A DNA stretch of 64,000 bases, taken from assembly GCA_944390315.1 (NCBI GenBank), contig CALXPO010000007.1, positions 6,252 to 70,251 of the forward strand. Reading direction: 5' to 3'. The notes under the pieces were generated by a model. The model was given only the letters and a program-made list of their open reading frames with translations. It did no database searches and was not told the origin of the DNA. Position 1 is the stretch's first letter. Each line of letters begins with the position of its first letter. Origin of the DNA: an uncultured Alphaproteobacteria bacterium (GTDB taxonomy: Bacteria > Pseudomonadota > Alphaproteobacteria > RF32 > CAG-239). Positions 1 through 16,984 of the stretch are shown in pieces. The position numbers and the translations under genes were made by a program.

Positions 1-46
1 TACCAAAAGAACAAATAACTTAATTCACATATTTTATATATTAATT

Positions 47-72
47 AACCCCGAGCTGGCTCGGGGTTTTTT
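47..72 (+). terminator. Intrinsic-terminator-like hairpin AACCCCGAG-CTGG-CTCGGGGTT followed by a T-run
   Basis: A 9-bp perfect stem, 4-nt loop and T tail were read directly. The stem is the same CCCCGAG/CTCGGGG module that opens each 140-bp repeat unit downstream. Confidence 0.5.
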
Positions 73-350
73 ATTTAATGCCTTACAGAAACCCCCGAGT
101 TCACTCGAGGCTGAATGCAGGTATTGGAACAACACCGCTCCACGCCAACGCACGTGGTCAAACCGTAAGGTTTGTAGCTGATTTAGAACTCCCAGTTTAC
201 TGGGAGATATCTATTTAATGCCTTGCAGAAAACCCCGAGGTTACTCGGGGCTGAATGCAGGTATTGGAACAACATCGCTCCACGCCAACGCACGTGGTCA
301 AACCGTAAGGTTTGTAGCTGTTATAGAACCCCCAGTTTACTGGGGGATAT
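72..350. repeat. Tandem duplication (2 x 140 bp; units 72-211 and 212-350) of a hairpin-rich intergenic repeat
   Basis: TATTTAATGCCTT recurs at 72 and 212 (period 140) and the units are near-identical by eye. Each unit has four short hairpins: CCCCGAG/CTCGGGG, CCACG/CGTGG, CAAACC/GGTTTG, CCCCCAG/CTGGGGG. Confidence 0.9.
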
Positions 351-377
351 ATAAAGTAGTAATTGTACGATTTTAAG

Positions 378-875
378 CTAGCACGAACATGCCATTGATA
401 CAGAAAGTATTTTATTGTCTTTATCTGAAGTTTTCTTGTCAAATTGAGAAGCAAACTGAAATTTATCAATGCCGTTTATAGTCAAAATTTTAGAATTTTG
501 CAAAATAGTCGGCAATTCTTCGCTCAAAAAGACACTTCTCGGATCGGCATTATCAACAAATGCCGTTACATTTCCCGAAGCAGCTTCGATAAAACGGTGA
601 GAAGCCAAGCGCCACACTTCCGCTATTTTTTGGCGATCATGTTCATTTTCGACGCCGGCATCTTCCAAACCAAATTCAATGAGTTTTTTTCCGCATGCCG
701 TATCATCAATCATAATCATTTTTGGATTATCTTTTAGAAATGCAAGCGCTCTATCCTTATTTACGGTTGTCGGTTGATAGCTTATGGAATAAAGCACAAC
801 GCTGTCGCGGGCACTGCTCACATCAGCCGTGCCCGCAACTTCAACCGCAATTCGTAACAAATTACTGTCTATCAC
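378..875 (-). CDS. Hypothetical 165-aa protein with ADP-ribosyl cyclase/CD38-like motifs (function tentative)
   Basis: The ORF overlaps the clpB stop by 14 nt. VWRLASHRFIEAASGNVTAFVDNADP...SVFLSEELP and MIDDT resemble the FW..AS..FA.AA.G.V.V..NGS...E.P.L and TLEDT blocks of cyclase/CD38 enzymes as I recall them. Confidence 0.5.
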   Translation of the reverse strand: MIDSNLLRIAVEVAGTADVSSARDSVVLYSISYQPTTVNKDRALAFLKDNPKMIMIDDTACGKKLIEFGLEDAGVENEHDRQKIAEVWRLASHRFIEAASGNVTAFVDNADPRSVFLSEELPTILQNSKILTINGIDKFQFASQFDKKTSDKDNKILSVSMACSC

Positions 876-3450
876 TTTTTCTTATCTCTAACTCGTTATT
901 ATTAACCACAATTTCGGCGGTATCATTTTCTCCGATTTCACCGTCAAGAATTGCAAACGCCAGTTTATTCTCAACTTGATTTTTTAGCAAGCGTTTTAAT
1001 GGACGAGCGCCATAGACTTCGTCATAACCGTTATCTGCAATCCATTTCATCGCGGCATCGCTGACATGCAATTTAATATTGCGCTCGGACAAACGTTTCT
1101 CAATATTACCGATTTGAATTTTTGTAATTTGTTTAATACAATCTTTATTCAAACGATGGAAAATACTAATTTCATCAATTCGGTTAATAAATTCGGGACG
1201 GAACGCAGCCTTTACCACTTCCATAACCGCAGCAGTTACGGCTTTTTTATCGCTGTTTTCGTCAGCACGAGCCAAAATATCGGAACCGAGGTTAGAGGTC
1301 ATAATGATAATGGTATTCTTAAAATCTACCGTACGACCTTTACCATCGGTCAGACGACCGTCATCAAGCACTTGCAGCAATACGTTAAAAATATCGGGAT
1401 GTGCTTTTTCGACTTCATCGAACAAAATTACCTGATACGGACGACGACGAACCGATTCGGTTAAAATACCGCCTTCTTCATAGCCGACATACCCCGGAGG
1501 TGAACCGATAAGACGAGCCACGGCGTGCTTTTCCATATATTCGGACATATCGATTCTGAGCATGGCCGTTTCATCATTAAACAAGAATTCTGCCAAGGCT
1601 TTGCTCAATTCGGTTTTACCGACACCGGTCGGACCTAAAAATAAGAAAGACCCAATCGGTTGGCGATGATCACCGATTCCCGCACGGGAACGACGAACGG
1701 CATTAGCAACGGCAGCAATAGCTTCTTTCTGCCCAACAACACGTTTGGCCAAATAATCTTCCATATGCAAAAGTTTTTCTTTTTCGCCTTCGAGCATCTT
1801 ATCAACCGGAATACCCGTCCACTTAGATACAACTTCGGCAATAGATTCGTCTGTGACAACTTTTTCAGCATGTCCTTTGCTTTCTTTTGCCAAATTTTCT
1901 AACTCGTGCATTTGTTTTTCCAAAGACGGAATAACGCCGTACTGTAATTCTCCGGCTTTTTCAAATTGTCCGTTTCTTTGGGCAATGGCAACTTCGATTT
2001 TGGCTTTATCGAGTTTATCTTTGACTTCGGTCAAATCAGACAAACTTTTCTTTTCGGCCTGCCATTTACTTTCGAGCTCACGAGCTTTTTCTTCCAAATC
2101 GGCAGTTTCTTTTTCAACCTCTTGCAAACGTTGCTTAGACTGAGCATCTGTTTCTTTCTTCAAAGCCTCGTGTTCAATTTTGAGCTGCATAATCTTACGA
2201 TCAAGATTATCCAAATCTTCCGGTTTGGAATCTATGGACATTCTTAAGGCACTGGCGGCTTCATCCATCAAATCGATAGCTTTATCGGGCAAAAATCTAT
2301 CGGTAATATAACGATTGGATAAAGTTGCTGCCGCAATCAGAGCCGAATCAGAGATTCGGACACCATGGTGCAGTTCAAATTTTTCTTTAATACCGCGCAA
2401 AATGGAAATTGTTTCTTCAACGCTTGGTTCACCGACATAGACCGGTTGGAAACGACGAGCCAAAGCCGCATCTTTTTCAACATATTTTTTGTATTCGGAC
2501 AAGGTGGTTGCGCCTAAGCAATGCAATTCACCGCGCGCCAAAGCCGGTTTAAGCAAATTAGAGGCATCCATCGAACCCTCGGAAGCTCCGGCACCAACGA
2601 TGGTGTGCATTTCGTCGATAAACAAAATGATACCGCCGTTCGCGGCTTCCACATCTTTCAAGACCGATTTCAAACGTTCCTCAAATTCGCCACGGAATTT
2701 TGCACCGGCAATCAAAGCCCCCATATCCAATGCAAGCAACCTTTTCCCTTTTAGGCTTTCAGGAACATCATTATTGACAATACGCATTGCCCATCCTTCG
2801 ACGATGGCTGTTTTACCAACCCCAGGTTCACCGATAAGTACCGGATTATTTTTGGTACGTCTCGACAAAACCTGAATTGTTCTTCTGATTTCGTGTTCAC
2901 GACCGATAACCGGATCGAGTTTACCTTCCTTTGCTTTTGCGGTAATATCAATTGCAAATTTTTTCAAAGCCTCAAAAGTATCTTCTGCCGATTCGCTGTC
3001 GGCCAAACGCCCCTTACGATATTCGGCAATTGCCTGATTGAGACGTACGGCGTCAACACCGTTTCTTTTCAAGATATCATAAGCCTTGTTACCCGCAACG
3101 GTAGCCATTGTTTGCAATAAACGTTCAACCGTAACGAATTTATCATTAGCTTTAGTAGCAATATTTTCGGCATCAAGCATCAAAGCGCTGAAATCTTGTG
3201 ACATTACCGTTTGCACGGCACTACCCGAAATTTGCGGTACTTTTGCCAATTCATCTTGAACATCTTTTGTAATCAGTTCAACATTACCACCTGCTTTTTC
3301 AATCAGAGATTCAACCACACTGTCTTTGGCATCTAACATGGCCGCCAACAAATAAAGCGGGGTAACATACTGATGACGGCGAGCCACCGCCATATCAATA
3401 GCATTTTTAATCAGTTCTTGCGAACGGGTCGTAAATTTTTCTGCATTCAT
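862..3450 (-). CDS. clpB: ClpB disaggregase (AAA+ chaperone)
   Basis: Two AAA+ modules (Walker [14 protein letters not shown] and [13 protein letters not shown]) are separated by a long coiled-coil M-domain. AAGGAG lies 9 nt upstream of ATG 3450 (MNAEKF...). The ORF extends to 3477. Confidence 0.95.
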   Translation of the reverse strand: MNAEKFTTRSQELIKNAIDMAVARRHQYVTPLYLLAAMLDAKDSVVESLIEKAGGNVELITKDVQDELAKVPQISGSAVQTVMSQDFSALMLDAENIATKANDKFVTVERLLQTMATVAGNKAYDILKRNGVDAVRLNQAIAEYRKGRLADSESAEDTFEALKKFAIDITAKAKEGKLDPVIGREHEIRRTIQVLSRRTKNNPVLIGEPGVGKTAIVEGWAMRIVNNDVPESLKGKRLLALDMGALIAGAKFRGEFEERLKSVLKDVEAANGGIILFIDEMHTIVGAGASEGSMDASNLLKPALARGELHCLGATTLSEYKKYVEKDAALARRFQPVYVGEPSVEETISILRGIKEKFELHHGVRISDSALIAAATLSNRYITDRFLPDKAIDLMDEAASALRMSIDSKPEDLDNLDRKIMQLKIEHEALKKETDAQSKQRLQEVEKETADLEEKARELESKWQAEKKSLSDLTEVKDKLDKAKIEVAIAQRNGQFEKAGELQYGVIPSLEKQMHELENLAKESKGHAEKVVTDESIAEVVSKWTGIPVDKMLEGEKEKLLHMEDYLAKRVVGQKEAIAAVANAVRRSRAGIGDHRQPIGSFLFLGPTGVGKTELSKALAEFLFNDETAMLRIDMSEYMEKHAVARLIGSPPGYVGYEEGGILTESVRRRPYQVILFDEVEKAHPDIFNVLLQVLDDGRLTDGKGRTVDFKNTIIIMTSNLGSDILARADENSDKKAVTAAVMEVVKAAFRPEFINRIDEISIFHRLNKDCIKQITKIQIGNIEKRLSERNIKLHVSDAAMKWIADNGYDEVYGARPLKRLLKNQVENKLAFAILDGEIGENDTAEIVVNNNELEIRKSDRQ

Positions 3451-3581
3451 ATTTTTTATACTCCTTATACCTAACATATAGGGAACAATCTATTCAAAAA
3501 TCAAGAGAACGGCAAAAATAAATTGCTTTGTTAAAGAATAATGCTAAAAATAAACAAAAAACATTTCAAAGGGTTAAGAAT

Positions 3582-4703
3582 ATGAAAGCTCTGTTTTGCG
3601 GTTTTTTTGATCCGTTTACGCTGGGACATAAAGAAGTTGTCGGTCAAGCCTTAAAAAAATACGATGAAGTTATCATCAACATCGGTTTTAACGAAAACAA
3701 ACAAGCGATGTTTTCGGTTAAAGAAAGAATGAAACTTATTACCGACGCCCTCGCCGACTGTCCGAACCGAGAAAGGATAAAGCTAAATGCCGATCCGAGA
3801 ATGACAATCGACATTGCCGCCAATTTGGGCGCCAATATTCTTATTCGCGGTATCAGACAAGGCAGTTCCGATTTTGAAAGCGAACAAAATCTGGCTCAGG
3901 TTAATGCTCATTTGGCAGCCATTCGCGGCTTTGAACTCAAAACCGATTTTATCGTACAACAAAATCCGTTTTTGTGCAGTATCTCATCAACTTCGGTCAA
4001 AAGGCTGTGCGAAATGAAAGAATTTATTGCTGCCGCCTCCTTTGTTCCCGAAAACGTCCATAAAAAACTGATGGAAATCTATTTGTACCCGCTGTGGCAA
4101 AGTCTGTTTGTTCCCGATTGCCCACAAGCCAAAGAATTTTGGCAACAGCTGGTAACGATGTATAACACCCGATTCTACCATAGTTTATCGCATTTGGGAT
4201 ATATGTTAAATATGCTGAAAATATATCTCAACCAACCGACTATTTTTCCGGATTTTTCCGCACACAAAAATCTGCTGTTGGCAATTTTCTTACACGATGT
4301 CGTCCACGAAACCGGAGATAAAGAAAAAAACAACGAAGCAGCTTCCGCCATTTGGGGAGAAAGACTTTTATCGTATCTTGACCAAGATATATCATACGAT
4401 GAGGTCAAAAAACTGATTATGGCCACCACTCATAAGCAAGAGGACTTGAACGGCGCACAAGCCTTAATTGCCGATTTAGATTTAGCTTTATTCGGTATAG
4501 GCGAAAAATCGATTTCAAAACGTACCAATCATCAAATCCGAAAAGAATATTCATACATGGACGATCAAACCTACAATCAAAACAGAAGAGAGCTTTTGAA
4601 CCGATTTTTGCAACGCTCCCGCATCTTCCAAACCGAATTTTTCTACCGCCGTTTTGAACAACCCGCTCGCAAAAACATAGAACATCAAATAATGAAACTG
4701 TAA
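3582..4703 (+). CDS. coaD: Phosphopantetheine adenylyltransferase (CoaD) fused to a C-terminal HD-type phosphohydrolase-like domain
   Basis: The N-terminal ~160 aa carries GFFDPFTLGH and the ISSTSVKR...FVPENV ending typical of PPAT. The same frame continues ~220 aa with YHSLSHL and FLHDVVHE. ATG 3582 is chosen over the ORF start at 3528. Confidence 0.8.
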   Translation: MKALFCGFFDPFTLGHKEVVGQALKKYDEVIINIGFNENKQAMFSVKERMKLITDALADCPNRERIKLNADPRMTIDIAANLGANILIRGIRQGSSDFESEQNLAQVNAHLAAIRGFELKTDFIVQQNPFLCSISSTSVKRLCEMKEFIAAASFVPENVHKKLMEIYLYPLWQSLFVPDCPQAKEFWQQLVTMYNTRFYHSLSHLGYMLNMLKIYLNQPTIFPDFSAHKNLLLAIFLHDVVHETGDKEKNNEAASAIWGERLLSYLDQDISYDEVKKLIMATTHKQEDLNGAQALIADLDLALFGIGEKSISKRTNHQIRKEYSYMDDQTYNQNRRELLNRFLQRSRIFQTEFFYRRFEQPARKNIEHQIMKL

Positions 4704-4705
4704 CC

Positions 4706-4734
4706 AAGAGGCTCCGATTCACTCGGAGCCTCTT
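4706..4734. terminator. Bidirectional hairpin between convergent genes
   Basis: AAGAGGCTCCGA-TTCAC-TCGGAGCCTCTT forms a 12-bp perfect stem. It sits between the coaD-fusion stop (4703) and the lipoprotein gene stop (4738). Confidence 0.7.
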
Positions 4735-4737
4735 ATT

Positions 4738-5130
4738 TTACTTTATGGTTTTATAAAATTCCTTACCGCGTTCGTCATATTGATAATAGATTAATAAATC
4801 GCGTTTGTTGATGGTATTGGCATCAATGGCAGCTTCGGGAATACCCCACAGAATCGAAATCGGCCAAGTCAGCAGGTTAAGGAAACCATAGAGATTTTGT
4901 TCCGATTGTGCAGCCCGACCGTTACCCAAATAAAAATTTCCGAACCCCGGAAAAATATTGAGTATTCCTGCGGCCAACGGACTGGCTGGCTTATCCCACT
5001 CACCGACAGGCGTATCAACAGTAACTCCTTTATACTCCAACGTCCTGAGTTGTCTTTGTTCATGATAAGTTAAAGACTGACATGCCGAAAGCAACAAACA
5101 CAGCCCCCAAAAAGATAAAATTTTAGTCAT
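4738..5130 (-). CDS. Putative lipoprotein
   Basis: Signal peptide with lipobox LLLSAC, followed by a hydrophobic glycine-rich C-terminal half. Confidence 0.65.
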   Translation of the reverse strand: MTKILSFWGLCLLLSACQSLTYHEQRQLRTLEYKGVTVDTPVGEWDKPASPLAAGILNIFPGFGNFYLGNGRAAQSEQNLYGFLNLLTWPISILWGIPEAAIDANTINKRDLLIYYQYDERGKEFYKTIK

Positions 5131-5521
5131 CTCAAACTTCCTTTTAGTTATTTATTAAAAAAAACACCACCTTGATGAGAGGTGGCAGGAAGTTGAAACC
5201 TACTAACAGTAATAGTGTAGCGTATTTGGTATATAAATACACCTTATTAACTACCTTCCTGCCCTCAGGCAAAAAGATAGCTTTCACATCTGCAAATACA
5301 GATAACTGTTACGAGGGTTTCAAACCTCACATCGGTCATCAACCGATGCCCTTAAAAAATAACAAAAACCACCGTAATAGTCAATCCTTCCGTTCCTAAA
5401 ATCTTCTTTTTGGTCCTTTCAATCTCTTTTTTCTTTCAATTTTACCCTTTTTCCCTCAGACCTTATTTTACCCAGATTTTCTCGTTCTTCAAATCTCTCT
5501 TTTGCCCTCATCTATCCAAAC

Positions 5522-5556
5522 AAAAAGCCGCCGACAAAATGCCGACGGCTTTTTTA
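5522..5556 (-). terminator. rpoC intrinsic terminator
   Basis: On the minus-strand RNA, AGCCGUCGGC-AUUUU-GUCGGCGGCU forms a 10-bp stem (two G-U pairs) followed by UUUUU. It lies 18 nt downstream of the rpoC stop. Confidence 0.75.
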
Positions 5557-5573
5557 AGTTTCAGTTCAACTGC

Positions 5574-13941
<8,368 letters not shown>

Positions 13942-14032
13942 CTTGTATGATTCCTCATGGTTAAATTCTGCGACAATGCTATCAAAAAATTTTGAATCCC
14001 GACCGCAGAAGGTTAAGTACATATATGTTTTA

Positions 14033-14080
14033 AACAGAAAAACCTCATCAAACCCTCGGGGAGCGTCCCCTCTTGATGAG
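14033..14080 (-). terminator. Attenuator-like stem-loop in the rpoB leader
   Basis: On the minus-strand RNA, CUCAUCAA(GAGGGGA-CGC-UCCCCGAGGGU)UUGAUGAG is followed by GUUUUUCUGUUU. It lies about 100 nt upstream of the rpoB ATG. Confidence 0.5.
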
Positions 14081-14093
14081 CTTTAGATAAAAT

Positions 14094-14164
14094 AATTGCA
14101 TGCAATTGTTGCGATTCGCAACCAAATTCACGCGGATATTACTCCTCTCTCTCGATTCTTACAA
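14094..14164 (-). promoter_or_regulatory. Candidate rpoB promoter plus two abutting perfect palindromes
   Basis: On the minus strand, TTGTAA (14164-14159), a 17-nt spacer and TAATAT (14141-14136). Downstream of it lie GTTGCGA-T-TCGCAAC (14108-14122) and AATTGCATGCAATT (14094-14107). Confidence 0.35.
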
Positions 14165-14279
14165 GCAAAAAAAATGCCTCAATATCATTTTTTTATCTTT
14201 CTCGGTACAGATAAAAAAACTTGACAAACTATTTAAAATTAGACATCCATATCTTATCTAATCAATTAATTTAGTTATT

Positions 14280-14840
14280 ATGAACAAAGAAGAAAAATTT
14301 AAGATTTGGGATGCAACAAATCCAAGCATCCTTGAAGTAAAAGAGTATTTGAATCGCATCAGCGCCATAACACCGCTTCAACTCGTTTTCAAAACACAAG
14401 ACGGAACACTGATATTTGACAATCATATCCGCAATCTTCCTTTTATCGGCGTTCTGATTGAAAATATAATTTTCTATGCAAAAGGCTTTTCCAATCAGGA
14501 CGGATGTGACTTAGAATCTCATGATTTGACCGTCGGCGACATCAATAATTGGATAAAGCAAAACATTGATGCCTTTGCTCCCAACGCACATCTTGCTTAT
14601 GAAAACAATGCTGTGTTGCTCTATCTTCACCAAGATGAATTGCGCCAAATTGCCGAAATTTTCCATTATCACCAAACCTTCAAAAAGGATTTGAGATTAC
14701 CAAAATTGCATAACAGGCTCATTCCATGGTTTAAGGAAAAACCAAATTCCACCGATGCCTACCACATTGACGGAATAACCCGTGCAAGTTACTTTTTGGA
14801 ACACTTCGGCGATTTTTGGATTTGCTCAAAAAAATCTTAA
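14280..14840 (+). CDS. Hypothetical protein (186 aa, ORFan)
   Basis: Clean ORF in an otherwise non-coding gap. No motif recognised. Confidence 0.55.
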   Translation: MNKEEKFKIWDATNPSILEVKEYLNRISAITPLQLVFKTQDGTLIFDNHIRNLPFIGVLIENIIFYAKGFSNQDGCDLESHDLTVGDINNWIKQNIDAFAPNAHLAYENNAVLLYLHQDELRQIAEIFHYHQTFKKDLRLPKLHNRLIPWFKEKPNSTDAYHIDGITRASYFLEHFGDFWICSKKS

Positions 14841-15022
14841 AAACAAACAAACTTATGCTCGGAACTGCTAAAGCACTTCCGAGCATTTTTCTTAAGGACA
14901 AACCTGTTATTTTTGCAATTGTCAATTTCTCTATTTTATTGTGAATAATCCTGAAATTTGTTGTACCTATCAAAATATTAATGCTAAAATTGTTTAGTTT
15001 TTTTAAAAAGAAAGAAAACCAA

Positions 15023-15544
15023 ATGTCTAAATATATTCTTGTTATCTTACTTCTGGCAATCAACGCTTGTACAACAACAAACGTCAGCACCACGCAACCG
15101 ATATCTTCAACAGTACCTCAAGTCACAGTCAGACCCGCCGCCTCTCTTGCCGATACAAAGGTCAATCACGCGCAAACACAATCTCCGAAAGTATCTTATG
15201 ATCCAAAAGTCGCTGATTATATTAACCAAAATCAGTCGGCTCAGATTTTAAAAACAGCTGCGCCCGAATTTGCTTCTAAAACTTTGGCTCCTCACTGTAC
15301 CGTCGAAAAATTTGTTTCCGGACTAAATTCTTCCCAAACCGAAATCACAAAAACATCTGCCTCAACCATTGAGATAAAGACTTTCGGAACAAAAATCGGC
15401 AACGGCAACATAAAAATTACCGCGCATGGAAAAAATGCCGAAATTTCATCGGCCGTTATCGGTAAATTCAAAAGAACCGATACCAATATCTTAAGAAAAT
15501 TTGCACAGAATATTTGTAACGCAGTTGATGAAAAACTCAAATAA
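15023..15544 (+). CDS. Putative lipoprotein
   Basis: MSKYILVILLLAINAC gives a signal peptide plus lipobox. The ORF extends upstream to 14981. Confidence 0.65.
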   Translation: MSKYILVILLLAINACTTTNVSTTQPISSTVPQVTVRPAASLADTKVNHAQTQSPKVSYDPKVADYINQNQSAQILKTAAPEFASKTLAPHCTVEKFVSGLNSSQTEITKTSASTIEIKTFGTKIGNGNIKITAHGKNAEISSAVIGKFKRTDTNILRKFAQNICNAVDEKLK

Positions 15545-15556
15545 AGGATTCCCTCT

Positions 15557-16960
15557 ATGGAAAAAAATTTTTATGAAATTTTAGGTATTGAAATTGATGC
15601 CAAACCTGCCGAAATCGATATGGCTTTTCATAATTTGGATGCACAATTTCATCCGGCTGTCGAAAAAAATCTCGGGCGCAAAGAAAAAGCTGCAAAAGAA
15701 AAAGAATTTTCCATTATAAAACAAGCCTATGATACCTTAAGCAACCCAGATCTCAAATATCAATACGACTTGAAACTTTTGGCACAGCTACGACAGGAAC
15801 TTGCCACTTCCTCTGCCCGAAGCGCCGATACACAAACAGAAGACACCGATGAAAATGAAGAATTGTATACTGACGAAGAAGAAGATAATGATGATACGGA
15901 GAAGGACGACAGTAATACTGACAGTATTGAAAATGATGATACAAATAATTCTGCAAATATTGTTCCCGATACATCACCGGTCAAATATAAAGAAATTAAT
16001 TTTTCAATCAACAGCCCCTTTTTGAAAATTCTGTTGCCTGGCATTACCCGCCCCTTCATATGGCTGGCAGCTTTTCTTTTGATTATGTTTAGCATCAATA
16101 ACTTTAAGGATTTTTCCCATAAATATACCTTAGTCAGCGAAGTATTGACCGACACGACTTATTACACCCAAAATTCTGAAGGCAAACGGGAACATGTGCT
16201 GAAAAAAGGAAAACGAATAGAAATTCTTTCTAATACCTCCGACGGAAAAACTCTTGAAACCGACTACGGTAAATTGCCTAAAGAAAATTTATCCGCCCCA
16301 AAAAACGACTATCTTATTTCGTGGTGGGCTGAGCTTTATAAAAACTTATTTCCGTTGCTGCTTGTGGTGACCCTTAATCTGATATTATTGCGTATCATTG
16401 CCGCACTGAAAGCCGATTATGTGAACAAAAAATATAGTCAAAATCATAATGTTTCTCTTAATACAAATAATATAATTTATTGCACCAAAGAAATAACCTC
16501 CGTATGGAGAACTTGTTTGGTCATTCCTTTGGCATACGGAATTATGATTTTACTGCGCAATCAACTTGACGCTTGGGCTTTGGCATATGCTTTTTCGGCG
16601 GGAGATAATGCCCTGCTAAATCATATTTTGGAATTTTATCAGGAAAAGCCTTTTCTATTTATGCTGACCTTTTTCATCATAGCAGACATTATTCTCGGTT
16701 ATGTCTTTATTTCATGGACATTGAACAAATATAATTGTCCGTATTGCCACGCCCCGTTCAGCTTTTTTGTTGTCAGCACCTACGATACCGACGTAAACAC
16801 CTTTAACAAAACTGAGTACCGCAGTGAACAAAGAAACGGACGAACAGTGCAGGTCCCCTATATTGTCGCCTACAAAAATTACAATCATCATGTTATCAAA
16901 CAATGTAGCGTCTGTGATGAAACTCAACACAAAGTTTATGAAAAAACAGATAAAATTTAA
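15557..16960 (+). CDS. J-like domain (HPA instead of HPD) membrane protein with C-terminal CxxC...CxxC zinc ribbon, paralog 1
   Basis: The N-terminus NFYEILGIEIDAKPAEIDMAF..FHPAVEKN...QAYDTLSNPDLKYQYD is a J-domain fold signature lacking the Asp. An acidic D/E/T/N tract, about 4 hydrophobic segments and a C-terminal NCPYCHAPFSFF...CSVCDE follow. AAGGA RBS present. Confidence 0.8.
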   Translation: MEKNFYEILGIEIDAKPAEIDMAFHNLDAQFHPAVEKNLGRKEKAAKEKEFSIIKQAYDTLSNPDLKYQYDLKLLAQLRQELATSSARSADTQTEDTDENEELYTDEEEDNDDTEKDDSNTDSIENDDTNNSANIVPDTSPVKYKEINFSINSPFLKILLPGITRPFIWLAAFLLIMFSINNFKDFSHKYTLVSEVLTDTTYYTQNSEGKREHVLKKGKRIEILSNTSDGKTLETDYGKLPKENLSAPKNDYLISWWAELYKNLFPLLLVVTLNLILLRIIAALKADYVNKKYSQNHNVSLNTNNIIYCTKEITSVWRTCLVIPLAYGIMILLRNQLDAWALAYAFSAGDNALLNHILEFYQEKPFLFMLTFFIIADIILGYVFISWTLNKYNCPYCHAPFSFFVVSTYDTDVNTFNKTEYRSEQRNGRTVQVPYIVAYKNYNHHVIKQCSVCDETQHKVYEKTDKI

Positions 16961-16984
16961 GATTTTTTCTCTTAGGGAAAAAGC

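Noticed and set aside
72-350. A CRISPR array.
   Set aside because: There are only two 140-bp units, directly abutting with no unique spacers. The unit length is far above CRISPR repeat size and no cas genes are in the window.
215-737. ORFs 215..469 and 444..737 overlapping the 140-bp tandem repeat and the 378..875 gene.
   Set aside because: One is generated by the repeat sequence itself and the other is antisense to a better-supported ORF. Neither has an RBS or a recognisable motif.
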